Shown here: piece after piece, positions 8,462-19,104 of the stretch
Layout: the number at the start of each line of letters is the position of its first letter
How positions within the stretch are numbered: the stretch's first letter is position 1
Source: an uncultured Leptotrichiaceae bacterium
GTDB lineage: Bacteria > Fusobacteriota > Fusobacteriia > Fusobacteriales > Leptotrichiaceae
Reading direction: 5' to 3'
NCBI GenBank assembly: GCA_938037005.1
Contig: CALHVR010000043.1
Span: 1 to 46,151, forward strand
Length of the DNA stretch: 46,151 nucleotides
Notes under the pieces: generated by a model
Database searches by the model: none
Told to the model about the DNA's origin: nothing
Seen by the model: the letters and a program-made list of their open reading frames with translations, nothing else
Made by a program: the position numbers and the translations under genes

Positions 8462-9190
8462 TTATTTTATTCCCAAAACGTCTTTCATAACATATTTTCC
8501 AGGCTTCTTATCTTTCAAATACATTATACCTTTTACTGCACCATCAGAAAACATTTTTCTCGATAATGCTTCATGTTTTATTTCTATTACTTCATCATTT
8601 TTAGTAAAAATTACTGTATGTTCACCAACAATATTACCACCTCTTATTGCGTGAACACCTATTTCTTTTTCTTGCCTTTTGCTATTTCCTTCTCTACCAT
8701 AAATAACATTATATTTCTCCGGCAAATTTTCTTGTATAACTTCTAACAATGTGGCTGCTGTTCCACTTGGTGCATCTATCTTTCTGTTATGATGTTTTTC
8801 TATAATCTCAATATCAAAATCGCTTAACAATTTTGTAGCGTATGCTACTATTTCATTTAAAACTGTTACCCCTAACGATGTATTTGTTGCCTTTATTAGA
8901 GGAATTTTTTTTGAAGCTTCTTCTATTTTTAATAATTGTTCAGTAGAATGTCCAGTCGTTGCTAAAACCAAAGGTACTTTTCTTTGGATAGCATATTTTA
9001 GCACATCTTCCATTAAAGAATAATGAGAAAAATCTATAATCCCATCAAACAATATACTTTCATCTTCTAAATTTAAGAAATTTCCTTTTCCTAAAGGATC
9101 TACAAATCCTACAAATTCATTTCCCGAAGCAATAACCGAATCTTTAACATATTGAGCCATTACTCCAGCTCCATAAACTACTATTTTCAT
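8462..9190 (-). CDS. dapB: 4-hydroxy-tetrahydrodipicolinate reductase
   Basis: MKIVVYGAGVMAQ Rossmann N-terminus and the diagnostic EKHHNRKIDAPSGTA motif. Confidence 0.9.
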   Translation of the reverse strand: MKIVVYGAGVMAQYVKDSVIASGNEFVGFVDPLGKGNFLNLEDESILFDGIIDFSHYSLMEDVLKYAIQRKVPLVLATTGHSTEQLLKIEEASKKIPLIKATNTSLGVTVLNEIVAYATKLLSDFDIEIIEKHHNRKIDAPSGTAATLLEVIQENLPEKYNVIYGREGNSKRQEKEIGVHAIRGGNIVGEHTVIFTKNDEVIEIKHEALSRKMFSDGAVKGIMYLKDKKPGKYVMKDVLGIK

Positions 9191-9199
9191 ATAACTCCT

Positions 9200-10219
9200 C
9201 TATTTATTCAAACCAGACGAAGTTAAATTAGATGACCCGATTTTATCAATTTCATATATAGTTTCTGAAGCACCTACTTGTCTCATTCTTACTATAACTT
9301 CTTTTGTATATTTTTCATATTCTTCCGGTGATAATCTGTTTAAAAATTCCTCACTATCAGGAACTAAATGAGAAGAATTAATATATTTAATTATTTGATT
9401 TGTATTTTCATCTACTCTCACTGTTCCCCAAGTTAAATCTAAATTATTTGAAATTTGATTTATTGGAACTAATGTTTGAGTAGAACGAGATATTTCTACA
9501 TAGTTTCCATAAGTATCTTCATAACCTATTAATGCTTCATAATTTTGACTTGCCTCTACATTTGTTATAAAATGCGATCCTATTCTTTCATGTCTTGTAA
9601 TTTTTCTATATTCATGACCATCTTTTAATATTTTAATTATAATATCATCTGTAACATTATTCTCTTCTTTTAACTTTTTAAATGTATCTTCTCTAATTTC
9701 CCAGTAAGCATATAACGTCGTAGGATTTTTAGGCATAAGTACAATTTCATCTACGAAATAAAATTCAGGTAAATATCTTTTATCAAAATAAATATCTTCT
9801 TGAATTACACTATATTTTGATTTATTAATTTCTGTTTCTATTTCTCTTAATTTTATATTTTCTTGATTTAATTCTCTAAATCCAAAATTAATTTCTTTAT
9901 CTTTTACTTTAAATCTATATCTTTTTTTCAATTTTTTCATTAATTTAGGATTAGGATAATTTCTATAAAATCTTCTGCTTCTATCTCTGTAAAGAGGTAT
10001 TTTAGAAAAATCAATTTCTTTAACTTTTTCTACTTTTTTTGTTTCTTCTTCTCCCAAAATTTTATCTTCATTTATTTCTTTTTTAGCTTTACGAATATAC
10101 CCTCGTTTTTCTAATTTTTTAATGATATTTTCTCTATTAAAGATTAATCCCAAAAAAAGCTTTTCTGACTTTCCTAAAGCTGTTAATTCTTTATCTGTCA
10201 TTTCATCTAAATACTTCAT
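9200..10219 (-). CDS. DUF4912-like protein with a Rho_N/SAP-like N-terminus (function unknown)
   Basis: 339 aa. DEIVLMPKNPTTLYAYWEI matches the remembered DUF4912 signature (..vllprdP.wlyvyWe.). The N-terminal MTDKELTALGK... resembles Rho-N/SAP helices. Sits 9 nt upstream of dapB. Confidence 0.55.
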   Translation of the reverse strand: MKYLDEMTDKELTALGKSEKLFLGLIFNRENIIKKLEKRGYIRKAKKEINEDKILGEEETKKVEKVKEIDFSKIPLYRDRSRRFYRNYPNPKLMKKLKKRYRFKVKDKEINFGFRELNQENIKLREIETEINKSKYSVIQEDIYFDKRYLPEFYFVDEIVLMPKNPTTLYAYWEIREDTFKKLKEENNVTDDIIIKILKDGHEYRKITRHERIGSHFITNVEASQNYEALIGYEDTYGNYVEISRSTQTLVPINQISNNLDLTWGTVRVDENTNQIIKYINSSHLVPDSEEFLNRLSPEEYEKYTKEVIVRMRQVGASETIYEIDKIGSSNLTSSGLNK

Positions 10220-10257
10220 ATTCTATAACCTCCTAAACAAAATTAAGTTCTTAAGAT

Positions 10258-10286
10258 ATTATACCATACTTAGATGTATATGTCAT
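10258..10286 (-). promoter_or_regulatory. candidate promoter for the DUF4912-dapB-dapH unit
   Basis: Minus strand: ATGACA (10286..10281), a 17-nt spacer, then TATAAT (10263..10258) preceded by TGg. Followed by an AGGAGG RBS. Confidence 0.45.
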
Positions 10287-10287
10287 T

Positions 10288-10674
10288 TTATTTTGATAAA
10301 TTTTCACGAATTTTTCTTTTGGTATCGATAATATCTTTATTTTCAAATTTTCTTTTACGAGTTGCAGCTTGAATAGCTTTCTCTTTAGCAAGTCTTTTTG
10401 CTTCTAATTGACTCATTTCAACTACTTCTTCCCCTAAAACTACAACTTTATCTTGACGTACTTCTAAAAAACCACCATCTACAAAATAACTTGTTTCCGT
10501 TTTATCGGCTTCTCGAACTAACATTTCCCCAGTCCCGAGAATATTAACATAATTTATATGCTTTGCTAATATTCCTATATCACCTGCCACTGTACGGACT
10601 TTTGCAAAAACAACTGGTTTTTCAAATACTAATCCTTCAGGAGTTACTACTTTCAAAATATATTCTTGTTCCAT
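10288..10674 (-). CDS. atpC: F0F1 ATP synthase subunit epsilon
   Basis: 128 aa, last gene of the atp operon. The N-terminal beta-sandwich sequence LKVVTPEG..FEKPV is typical. Confidence 0.9.
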   Translation of the reverse strand: MEQEYILKVVTPEGLVFEKPVVFAKVRTVAGDIGILAKHINYVNILGTGEMLVREADKTETSYFVDGGFLEVRQDKVVVLGEEVVEMSQLEAKRLAKEKAIQAATRKRKFENKDIIDTKRKIRENLSK

Positions 10675-10686
10675 AATTTCTCCTTA

Positions 10687-12967
<2,281 letters not shown>

Positions 12968-12977
12968 GAATAATCAC

Positions 12978-14480
12978 CTACCATATATAATTTTGTCTAT
13001 ATTCTGTAATATATTCATTCATTAACTCTTTTAATTCATCAGTTACTTCTTTTTTCTCTTTAATAATTTCTAAAATTTTATTTCCTTCAAGATTTTTTAT
13101 TAAATCATTTTCAAATTTTCTTACTTTTTCTGTTGGAATTTCATCAAAGAATCCGTTTGTTACAGCATAAAATGATACAACTTGTTCTTCAACTGAATAT
13201 GGACTATATTGCGATTGTTTTAACACTTCCATAATTTTAGCTCCTCTATTTAGCTGATCTCTTGTTGCTTTATCTAAATCTGATCCAAATTGTGAAAATG
13301 CAACTAATTCTGTATATTGAGCTAACTCTATTTTAACTTTTGCAGCTACTTGTTTCATAGCTTTAATTTGTGCTGCTCCTCCAACCCTTGACACTGAAAC
13401 TCCTGCATTTATCGCCGGTCTAAATCCTGAATTAAATAAATCTGTTTCTAAGAAAATTTGTCCATCAGTTATTGAAATAACATTTGTTGGAATGTACGCT
13501 GCAATATCTCCAGATTGTGTTTCTATTATTGGTAATGCTGTTATACTTCCACCACCTAATTCATCACTAAGTTTTGCAGCTCTTTCAAGTAATCTTGAAT
13601 GTAAATAAAATACATCTCCCGGATATGCTTCCCTACCTGGCGGTCTTTTTAATAATAATGACATTTCTCTATAAGCAACTGCATGTTTTGATAAATCATC
13701 ATAAATAATTAAAACATGTTTCCCTTGTTCCATAAAATATTCTGCCATTGAAGATCCTGCATAAGGTGCAATATATTGTAATGAGGCTGCTTCAGATGCT
13801 GTTGCCGTTACTATTATTGTATAGTCTAGTGCATCTTTTTCTTCTAATTTTCTATATATTTGTGCAACAGTTGATCTTTTTTGCCCTATAGCTACATACA
13901 CACAAATTACATTATTATTTTTTTGATTTATTATAGTGTCTATTGCTATTGCTGTTTTACCTGTTTGTCTATCACCTATAATAAGTTCTCTTTGACCTCG
14001 TCCTATTGGAAACATTCCATCTATAGCTTTTATACCTGTTTGCATAGGTTCTGTTACTGGCTTTCTATCAATTATTCCATAAGCTTCTCTTTCAATCGGT
14101 AAATATTTTGTTGTCTCTATATTTCCTTTACCATCTATCGGCTCTCCTAAAGCATTAACAACTCTCCCAAGCAACGCTTCTCCAACCGGTACTTCTGCTA
14201 CTCTTCCTGTACCTCTTACTTCACTTCCCTCTTTTATAGCGTTACAGTTACCAAAAACAACTGCTCCTATATTATTTTCCTCTAAGTTTAACGCCATTCC
14301 CATTACTCCATTTGAAAATTCAAGTAATTCTCCTGACATTACTTCACTTAATCCGTATATTCTAACTATTCCATCTCCAACTTCTAAAACCGTACCTGTA
14401 TTAGAAATATTTAAAGATGTTTTATAATTTTCTATTTCTTCTCGAATTACTTTACTTACTTCTTCGGGTTTTATTCTCAC
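12978..14480 (-). CDS. atpA: F0F1 ATP synthase subunit alpha
   Basis: GDRQTGKT Walker [46 protein letters not shown]. Confidence 0.97.
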   Translation of the reverse strand: MRIKPEEVSKVIREEIENYKTSLNISNTGTVLEVGDGIVRIYGLSEVMSGELLEFSNGVMGMALNLEENNIGAVVFGNCNAIKEGSEVRGTGRVAEVPVGEALLGRVVNALGEPIDGKGNIETTKYLPIEREAYGIIDRKPVTEPMQTGIKAIDGMFPIGRGQRELIIGDRQTGKTAIAIDTIINQKNNNVICVYVAIGQKRSTVAQIYRKLEEKDALDYTIIVTATASEAASLQYIAPYAGSSMAEYFMEQGKHVLIIYDDLSKHAVAYREMSLLLKRPPGREAYPGDVFYLHSRLLERAAKLSDELGGGSITALPIIETQSGDIAAYIPTNVISITDGQIFLETDLFNSGFRPAINAGVSVSRVGGAAQIKAMKQVAAKVKIELAQYTELVAFSQFGSDLDKATRDQLNRGAKIMEVLKQSQYSPYSVEEQVVSFYAVTNGFFDEIPTEKVRKFENDLIKNLEGNKILEIIKEKKEVTDELKELMNEYITEYRQNYIW

Positions 14481-14498
14481 GAAAAAATACCTCCATTC

Positions 14499-15035
14499 TT
14501 AAAACATTCTCTTCATATCTTCCAGTTGATGTTTTATTGAACCATTTATAACTTTATTCCCTATTTTTAAAATTCCGCCACCAATGATACTTTCATCCAC
14601 TTCAAGATTCAAGACTATTTTTTTTCTATATTTTTCCTCTAATTTTTTTATCAATTTATTTTTTTGGCTTTCCGAAAGTTCTTTGGCAAATACCGCAATT
14701 ACAGGTAATTTACCTTCTTCTTTATAAACTTCATTTAAAAAATTATTTCTAATTAAAGAAATATATTCAATTCTATCTTTAGACACAACATAATTTAAAA
14801 CATTTTGTGCATCTTCTCCTAAAAATGGAAACATTTTCTTTAAAAAAACTTTTTTTTCCTCATTTGTTATTATCGGATTTGTGAAAAATATTTTAATATC
14901 TTCTTCTTCTAAATATTTACTATTTAAAATATTCAATGCTTCTCTTATTTCGTCTATATTTCCTTTAGCTTTAGCTGTTTCAAAAATTGCTACTGCATAT
15001 CTTTTTGCAATTACATTTTTATCCATCATTTTCAC
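14499..15035 (-). CDS. atpH: F0F1 ATP synthase subunit delta
   Basis: 178 aa located between atpF and atpA. The IAKRYAVAIFE opening is typical of OSCP/delta. Confidence 0.85.
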   Translation of the reverse strand: MKMMDKNVIAKRYAVAIFETAKAKGNIDEIREALNILNSKYLEEEDIKIFFTNPIITNEEKKVFLKKMFPFLGEDAQNVLNYVVSKDRIEYISLIRNNFLNEVYKEEGKLPVIAVFAKELSESQKNKLIKKLEEKYRKKIVLNLEVDESIIGGGILKIGNKVINGSIKHQLEDMKRMF

Positions 15036-15521
15036 CTATATTTTCTCGATAAAATTATCTATTATTTCATCTTGTTTTTCTTTTATATTTTTCATAACAA
15101 TTTTTTCAGCTAATTCGACAGCCATTTTTCCAACTTCTTGTTCTAATTCCAATCTAGCTTTTGTTCTCATTTTTTCAATGTCAACTTCTGCTTTTCTCAT
15201 CATTCTTTCTCTATTCATCATAGCAGAAGAAATTATTTGATCTTTTTTAGCGTCCGCTTGTTCTTCTGATTTTATAAGAATATCATTTGCTCTTCTTCTT
15301 GATTCAGTTTTAAGTCTTTCAGCTAATTTTTTTTGTTCTTCTAATTTTGAATATTCTTCTTGAACCATTTTCATTTCAGATAAAGCTAAATCTTTTCTAT
15401 CCTCTAATAATTTCCCTATTTTTTTTGCAAAAAATTTATTAAAAAATAATACTAAAATTAAGAAGTTTATTATTTGTATAGCCATAGAAAAATCTATATT
15501 TACTAATTTTGAACTTTCCAT
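15036..15521 (-). CDS. atpF: F0F1 ATP synthase subunit b
   Basis: 161 aa. One N-terminal TM helix followed by a long charged coiled coil. Operon position agrees. Confidence 0.85.
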   Translation of the reverse strand: MESSKLVNIDFSMAIQIINFLILVLFFNKFFAKKIGKLLEDRKDLALSEMKMVQEEYSKLEEQKKLAERLKTESRRRANDILIKSEEQADAKKDQIISSAMMNRERMMRKAEVDIEKMRTKARLELEQEVGKMAVELAEKIVMKNIKEKQDEIIDNFIEKI

Positions 15522-15548
15522 TTATTTTCACTCCTGTATTTTTAGTTA

Positions 15549-15785
15549 TTATCCTTTTAAGAAAATTAATAAAAATGCTATTACTAATGCATAAATTGCT
15601 GATGACTCTGTAATTGCCAATCCTGTTATTAATGTTTGCATAATATCTGATTTAGCTTCTGGCTGTCTTGATATTGCTTCAACTGCATATCCAGTTGCTA
15701 TCCCTTGTCCTAATCCTGCTCCTGCTCCACCTATTGCTGCGATTCCTGCTCCTAATAATGCTGCTGCTTGTACTAATCCTTCCAT
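15549..15785 (-). CDS. atpE: F0F1 ATP synthase subunit c (Na+-binding signature)
   Basis: 78-aa helical hairpin with the RQPEA loop. Q27 and E60-S61-S62...Y65 align with Q32 and E65-S66-T67...Y70 of the Ilyobacter tartaricus Na+ c-ring. Confidence 0.9.
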   Translation of the reverse strand: MEGLVQAAALLGAGIAAIGGAGAGLGQGIATGYAVEAISRQPEAKSDIMQTLITGLAITESSAIYALVIAFLLIFLKG

Positions 15786-15802
15786 TTTTTCCTCCTAATT
15801 TT

Positions 15803-16741
15803 TTATTCTTTTATTATTTCTTCCTCTATATTATTTCCCATAGCTAATGATTCTGACACATAAACTGATGACAGTATTGTAAATACAAATGCTTGGATTA
15901 TACCTACAAATAAGTCTAAATAAAGTTGTAAAACCATAGGCCACCCTACTGAAAACGAAAACAGCCCATCTACAACGTTTTTTGTCGCTGTTTCAAGTAA
16001 TGTTCTCCCTACTAAACTATATAACAACCCTGCTATTACTAGTCCTGCCAACATATTTCCAAACAATCTCATTGATGTATTTAATACACTTGAAATTTTT
16101 TCTACAATATTTAACGGTAACATAAACCACATTGGTTCTATGTAACTTTTAAAATAGTTTTTTGCTCCAGCTCCTTTTATAGCAGCTATTGTCGATACTA
16201 TTAAAACTACTAAAGCTAAACCTACTGTTGTGTTAGGATCTGCTGTTGGTGTTCTGAAGAAATGATGCATTTCAAGTCCGTGTTCTCCTTTTGTTAAAAT
16301 TACAATAAAAGGGAATAAAAACAAACTTAAATTTGAAAATAAAATTATTGCAAATAATGCTGAAAAAAATCCAACATATTCTTTCTTTTTATCACCATAA
16401 GTTACTAAAAAAGTTTTTTCAATAAATTTATAATATTCTTCCATTATTACTTGTAATTTTGATGGATCTCTCAACGCTTTATCTTTTGATTTTCCTATAT
16501 CTTTTGTACTCAAAATAACAATTACCATAATCAATATCATAAGTACCCAAGTATTTAATACCGTTTGATTTACTTTAAAATTAATATTGCCTATCACAAA
16601 ACCAAATTCTCTTGCAGGTTCAACTAAACCTTCTGGCATTACAAATCTAACTGGTAATATCTTACTTATTAATGCTAATAATAAATTCACAACTACAGTC
16701 AAGGTCATTAAAAAAACTAATCCAATTCCTAATTTCTTCAT
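15803..16741 (-). CDS. atpB: F0F1 ATP synthase subunit a
   Basis: 312-aa polytopic protein. LRLFGNMLAG contains the conserved stator Arg motif. GGAGGTG RBS. First gene of the operon. Confidence 0.85.
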   Translation of the reverse strand: MKKLGIGLVFLMTLTVVVNLLLALISKILPVRFVMPEGLVEPAREFGFVIGNINFKVNQTVLNTWVLMILIMVIVILSTKDIGKSKDKALRDPSKLQVIMEEYYKFIEKTFLVTYGDKKKEYVGFFSALFAIILFSNLSLFLFPFIVILTKGEHGLEMHHFFRTPTADPNTTVGLALVVLIVSTIAAIKGAGAKNYFKSYIEPMWFMLPLNIVEKISSVLNTSMRLFGNMLAGLVIAGLLYSLVGRTLLETATKNVVDGLFSFSVGWPMVLQLYLDLFVGIIQAFVFTILSSVYVSESLAMGNNIEEEIIKE

Positions 16742-16797
16742 TTTTTACACCTCCTCTCAGTCATAAGTATAAAGAGAATTAATCAACTCTGTCTTTC

Positions 16798-16826
16798 ATT
16801 ATACTCCTATTTTAAAATTTTTTCAA
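16798..16826 (-). promoter_or_regulatory. atp operon promoter
   Basis: Minus strand: TTGAAA (16826..16821), a 17-nt spacer, then TATAAT (16803..16798), about 55 nt upstream of the atpB ATG. Confidence 0.55.
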
Positions 16827-16927
16827 GTATTATAAAATAACTGTAAATTGTAATGTCTACAGATGTCAATGATATGTAAAAAATATATATAAATTATGTT
16901 ATGTTTAATCAGTTACTTTTCTAGTTC

Positions 16928-17270
16928 TCATATCATTTGATTTAGACTTTTAAACCCCAATACTTTTCTTGATATATTATTATATCTACTACAATATTTC
17001 TTTACTACTCTCTTTAATGCTTTTAAACTATAAAATCACTTGTTTTCATAAAATTTACTATCTAATCTATGACTTCTCTCTACTATCCCATTTTACCATG
17101 ATGAATACGGTCTCATCTTCTTATATTTTATCTTCACTTCCCTTAGCTTAAGATAATAGTATTTTTTGTTATCACTCATTTTCTTCTTTAAAAAAAAAAG
17201 AAAAGCAGCTTATTCTCAACTTCTCTCATTTATAAATTATTTTGTTTTCTATTATCGTTCAATACCCATT
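16928..17270 (-). mobile_element. degraded DDE (rve/integrase-core) transposase remnant, C-terminal part only
   Basis: Minus-strand reading across three frames gives ..LREVKIKYKKMRPYSSW* / NGIVERSHRLDSKFYENK* / FYSLKALKRVVKKYCSRYNNISRKVLGFKSLNQMI*. This matches the remembered ..RPYTP..NGKVERSHR....FY....F.S...L......YNN..... tail of rve-type transposases, broken by stops and frameshifts. No inverted repeats identified. Confidence 0.55.
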
Positions 17271-17289
17271 GTACGATTTTCAATTAACT

Positions 17290-18315
17290 TTATTTTCCCT
17301 TGTAATTATTTAAAACTCTTTCAACTTGTTCTTCTAATAATTCTCTATCAGGAATATATAAAGTATATTTAGAAGCAAATATCTTATTGGACAAACTGCC
17401 AAGTGCATATTCTGCCTGTATACTATCTTTATCAGTACAAAGTATAATTCCAATCGGTTCATTATCCATATCATTATTAACTTCCATCTTATAGTAGTTA
17501 AGATACATATTGATTTGTCCAACTGCTTCCGGCATTAATTTTCCTGTTTTTAACTCAATCAAAACATAACTCTTAAGTATCTTGTTATAAAATACCATAT
17601 CAACATAATAATGAGTATTTCCAAGTGTTACTCTTTGTTGTGAGCCTACATACATAAAGCCCTTTCCAAGTTCAAGCAAAAATTTTTCAATATAAGATAT
17701 TAAGGCTTTTTCTAAATCACTTTCCATAATCGGCTTTTCTTCAGGTAATCCTAAAAATTCAAATACATAAGGATCTTTTATAACATCACTTGCCTTATTT
17801 ATTTCATTTCCCTTTAAGGCTAACTCTAATACTCTTTTTTTATTTTCATCTCCTGATGAAAGTAAAAGTCTTTCAAAAAGTGATGTTTTTATCTGCCTTT
17901 TTAGCTCTCTTACAGACCAATTCGCATCTACAGTTTCTTTTTCATAAAAACTTCTTTTCTTCTCATTGCTTATTGAAAGTAATTCACAATAATGCGACCA
18001 ACTTAATTTTCCAGACACCGTCTGGAAAATTGGAAAACATAAATAGAAATTTCTCATATTAAACAAATTAGATTTTGAAAATCCCTTACCATATTCTTTT
18101 GTTAGCTTCTTTGATAAGTCTGTTATTAACTATTTTCCATACTCAGCTCTATCAGAATTTCCCTGCTCTTCTTCTACGATAATTCTCCCAATCTCCCAGT
18201 AAGTTTGAATGAGGATATTATTAACCTCTCTTGCAACTCTATTTCTTGCATTATCCATCAATTCTTTAATATTGCTATAAAAATCTTTATGAATTTTATC
18301 TATTTCATTATTCAT
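17290..18315 (-). pseudogene. DUF1016 / YhcG-like PD-(D/E)XK nuclease gene interrupted by one in-frame TAG
   Basis: ORFs 18130..18315 and 17290..18066 are in the same frame. Reading through gives ...SDRAEYGK*LITDLSKKLTKEYGKGFSKSNLFNMRNFYLCFPIFQTVSGKLSWSHY..., a continuous DUF1016-like sequence. The TAG lies at 18132..18130. The C-terminal half has a VLIELK PD-(D/E)XK-like core. Confidence 0.8.
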
Positions 18316-18503
18316 ATAGCTACCACCTCTTTACCTATTATGATTTTGATTATTGTACCATAAGTATTGAGTGTATTCAATATTATATTACTTTTGTGAA
18401 TAATATAATTTCAAACTCAAAGTGTAATACTTTTATAAAATATATTTTTTATTATTATAACACAGACTTACATAAACTTATAAATAATAAAAATATTTAT
18501 TCT

Positions 18504-18527
18504 AAAAAAGAGAGTTATTAACTCTCT
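18504..18527 (-). terminator. rho-independent terminator
   Basis: Perfect 8-bp stem AGAGAGTT (18509..18516) / AACTCTCT (18520..18527) with a 3-nt loop. Followed by a U-run on the minus strand (A5 at 18504..18508, just left of the stem on the plus strand). Confidence 0.6.
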
Positions 18528-18652
18528 TCTACAAATTTTATCTCATTTTCATTCAACCCATAAAGCTCATATACCATTTTATCTATATCTTTATTAGTTT
18601 TTATTTTTTACCATTCTGGTAACAATCCATCATCAGACATATATTTATCCAT
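18518..18652 (-). pseudogene. C-terminal relic of a restriction-modification (N6-adenine methylase / type IIG-like) gene
   Basis: Minus strand reads MDKYMSDDGLLPEW*KIKTNKDIDKMVYELYGLNENEIKFVEES*. The ..ID..VYELYGL.E.EI..VE tail is the remembered C-terminal signature of many RM/BREX-type methylases. Only about 44 codons remain, with an internal stop. Confidence 0.5.
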
Positions 18653-18662
18653 GATACTCTTC

Positions 18663-19073
18663 TCAAAAATCATCTCTAAATAATGGAGTTTCACTTTCTT
18701 TGTACGGATTATAATTATTACAACTACAACTAAATTCTTTTAAAGTTTTTATTTTATTATCCACTGTCCAATCAATCAAAGAGATTCCATCAAACTCTTC
18801 AACTTTCTCCTCATTCATTTTACATTTGAAGTGCCATTCTACAATAGTTTGATTATCTTTATGAAAAAATTGCTTTATATCCCATGCAAGCACTTTTCCT
18901 CTTGTATTCCACTCATTAAACCAATGCTTTACTGTTTGACGATTTTCATACTTAGGACACCAACTCTCAATATAAATTATATTATCTAAAAAAATATCAT
19001 CTATTCCTAAATCTTGTTGTGTAACCCACATTTTAAACCATAAACGGATGATTTCCTCTCTCTTTATACTCAT
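18663..19073 (-). CDS. NTF2/SnoaL-like fold protein (function unknown)
   Basis: 136 aa. The EEIIRLWFKMW...W.I......D...VEWHF......V.EFDGISLI.W..D.KI..L.EF pattern resembles SnoaL-like/NTF2 family proteins. No search was done. Confidence 0.45.
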   Translation of the reverse strand: MSIKREEIIRLWFKMWVTQQDLGIDDIFLDNIIYIESWCPKYENRQTVKHWFNEWNTRGKVLAWDIKQFFHKDNQTIVEWHFKCKMNEEKVEEFDGISLIDWTVDNKIKTLKEFSCSCNNYNPYKESETPLFRDDF

Positions 19074-19104
19074 ATTATATCCTTTTTAATTTTTCATAAA
19101 CAAT

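Noticed and set aside
16969-17372. Plus-strand ORFs 16969..17151 and 17166..17372
   Set aside because: They have low-complexity translations and lie antisense to the transposase remnant and to the 3' end of the DUF1016 gene. No RBS.
17334-17522. 62-aa minus-strand ORF nested in the DUF1016 gene
   Set aside because: It is an alternative frame inside a gene whose main frame carries the family signature. There is no independent evidence for it.
18130-18132. In-frame TAG considered as programmed recoding (pyrrolysine or read-through)
   Set aside because: No pyl genes or a PYLIS-like context are visible, the neighbouring genes are also decayed, and a simple nonsense mutation or sequencing error is the parsimonious reading.
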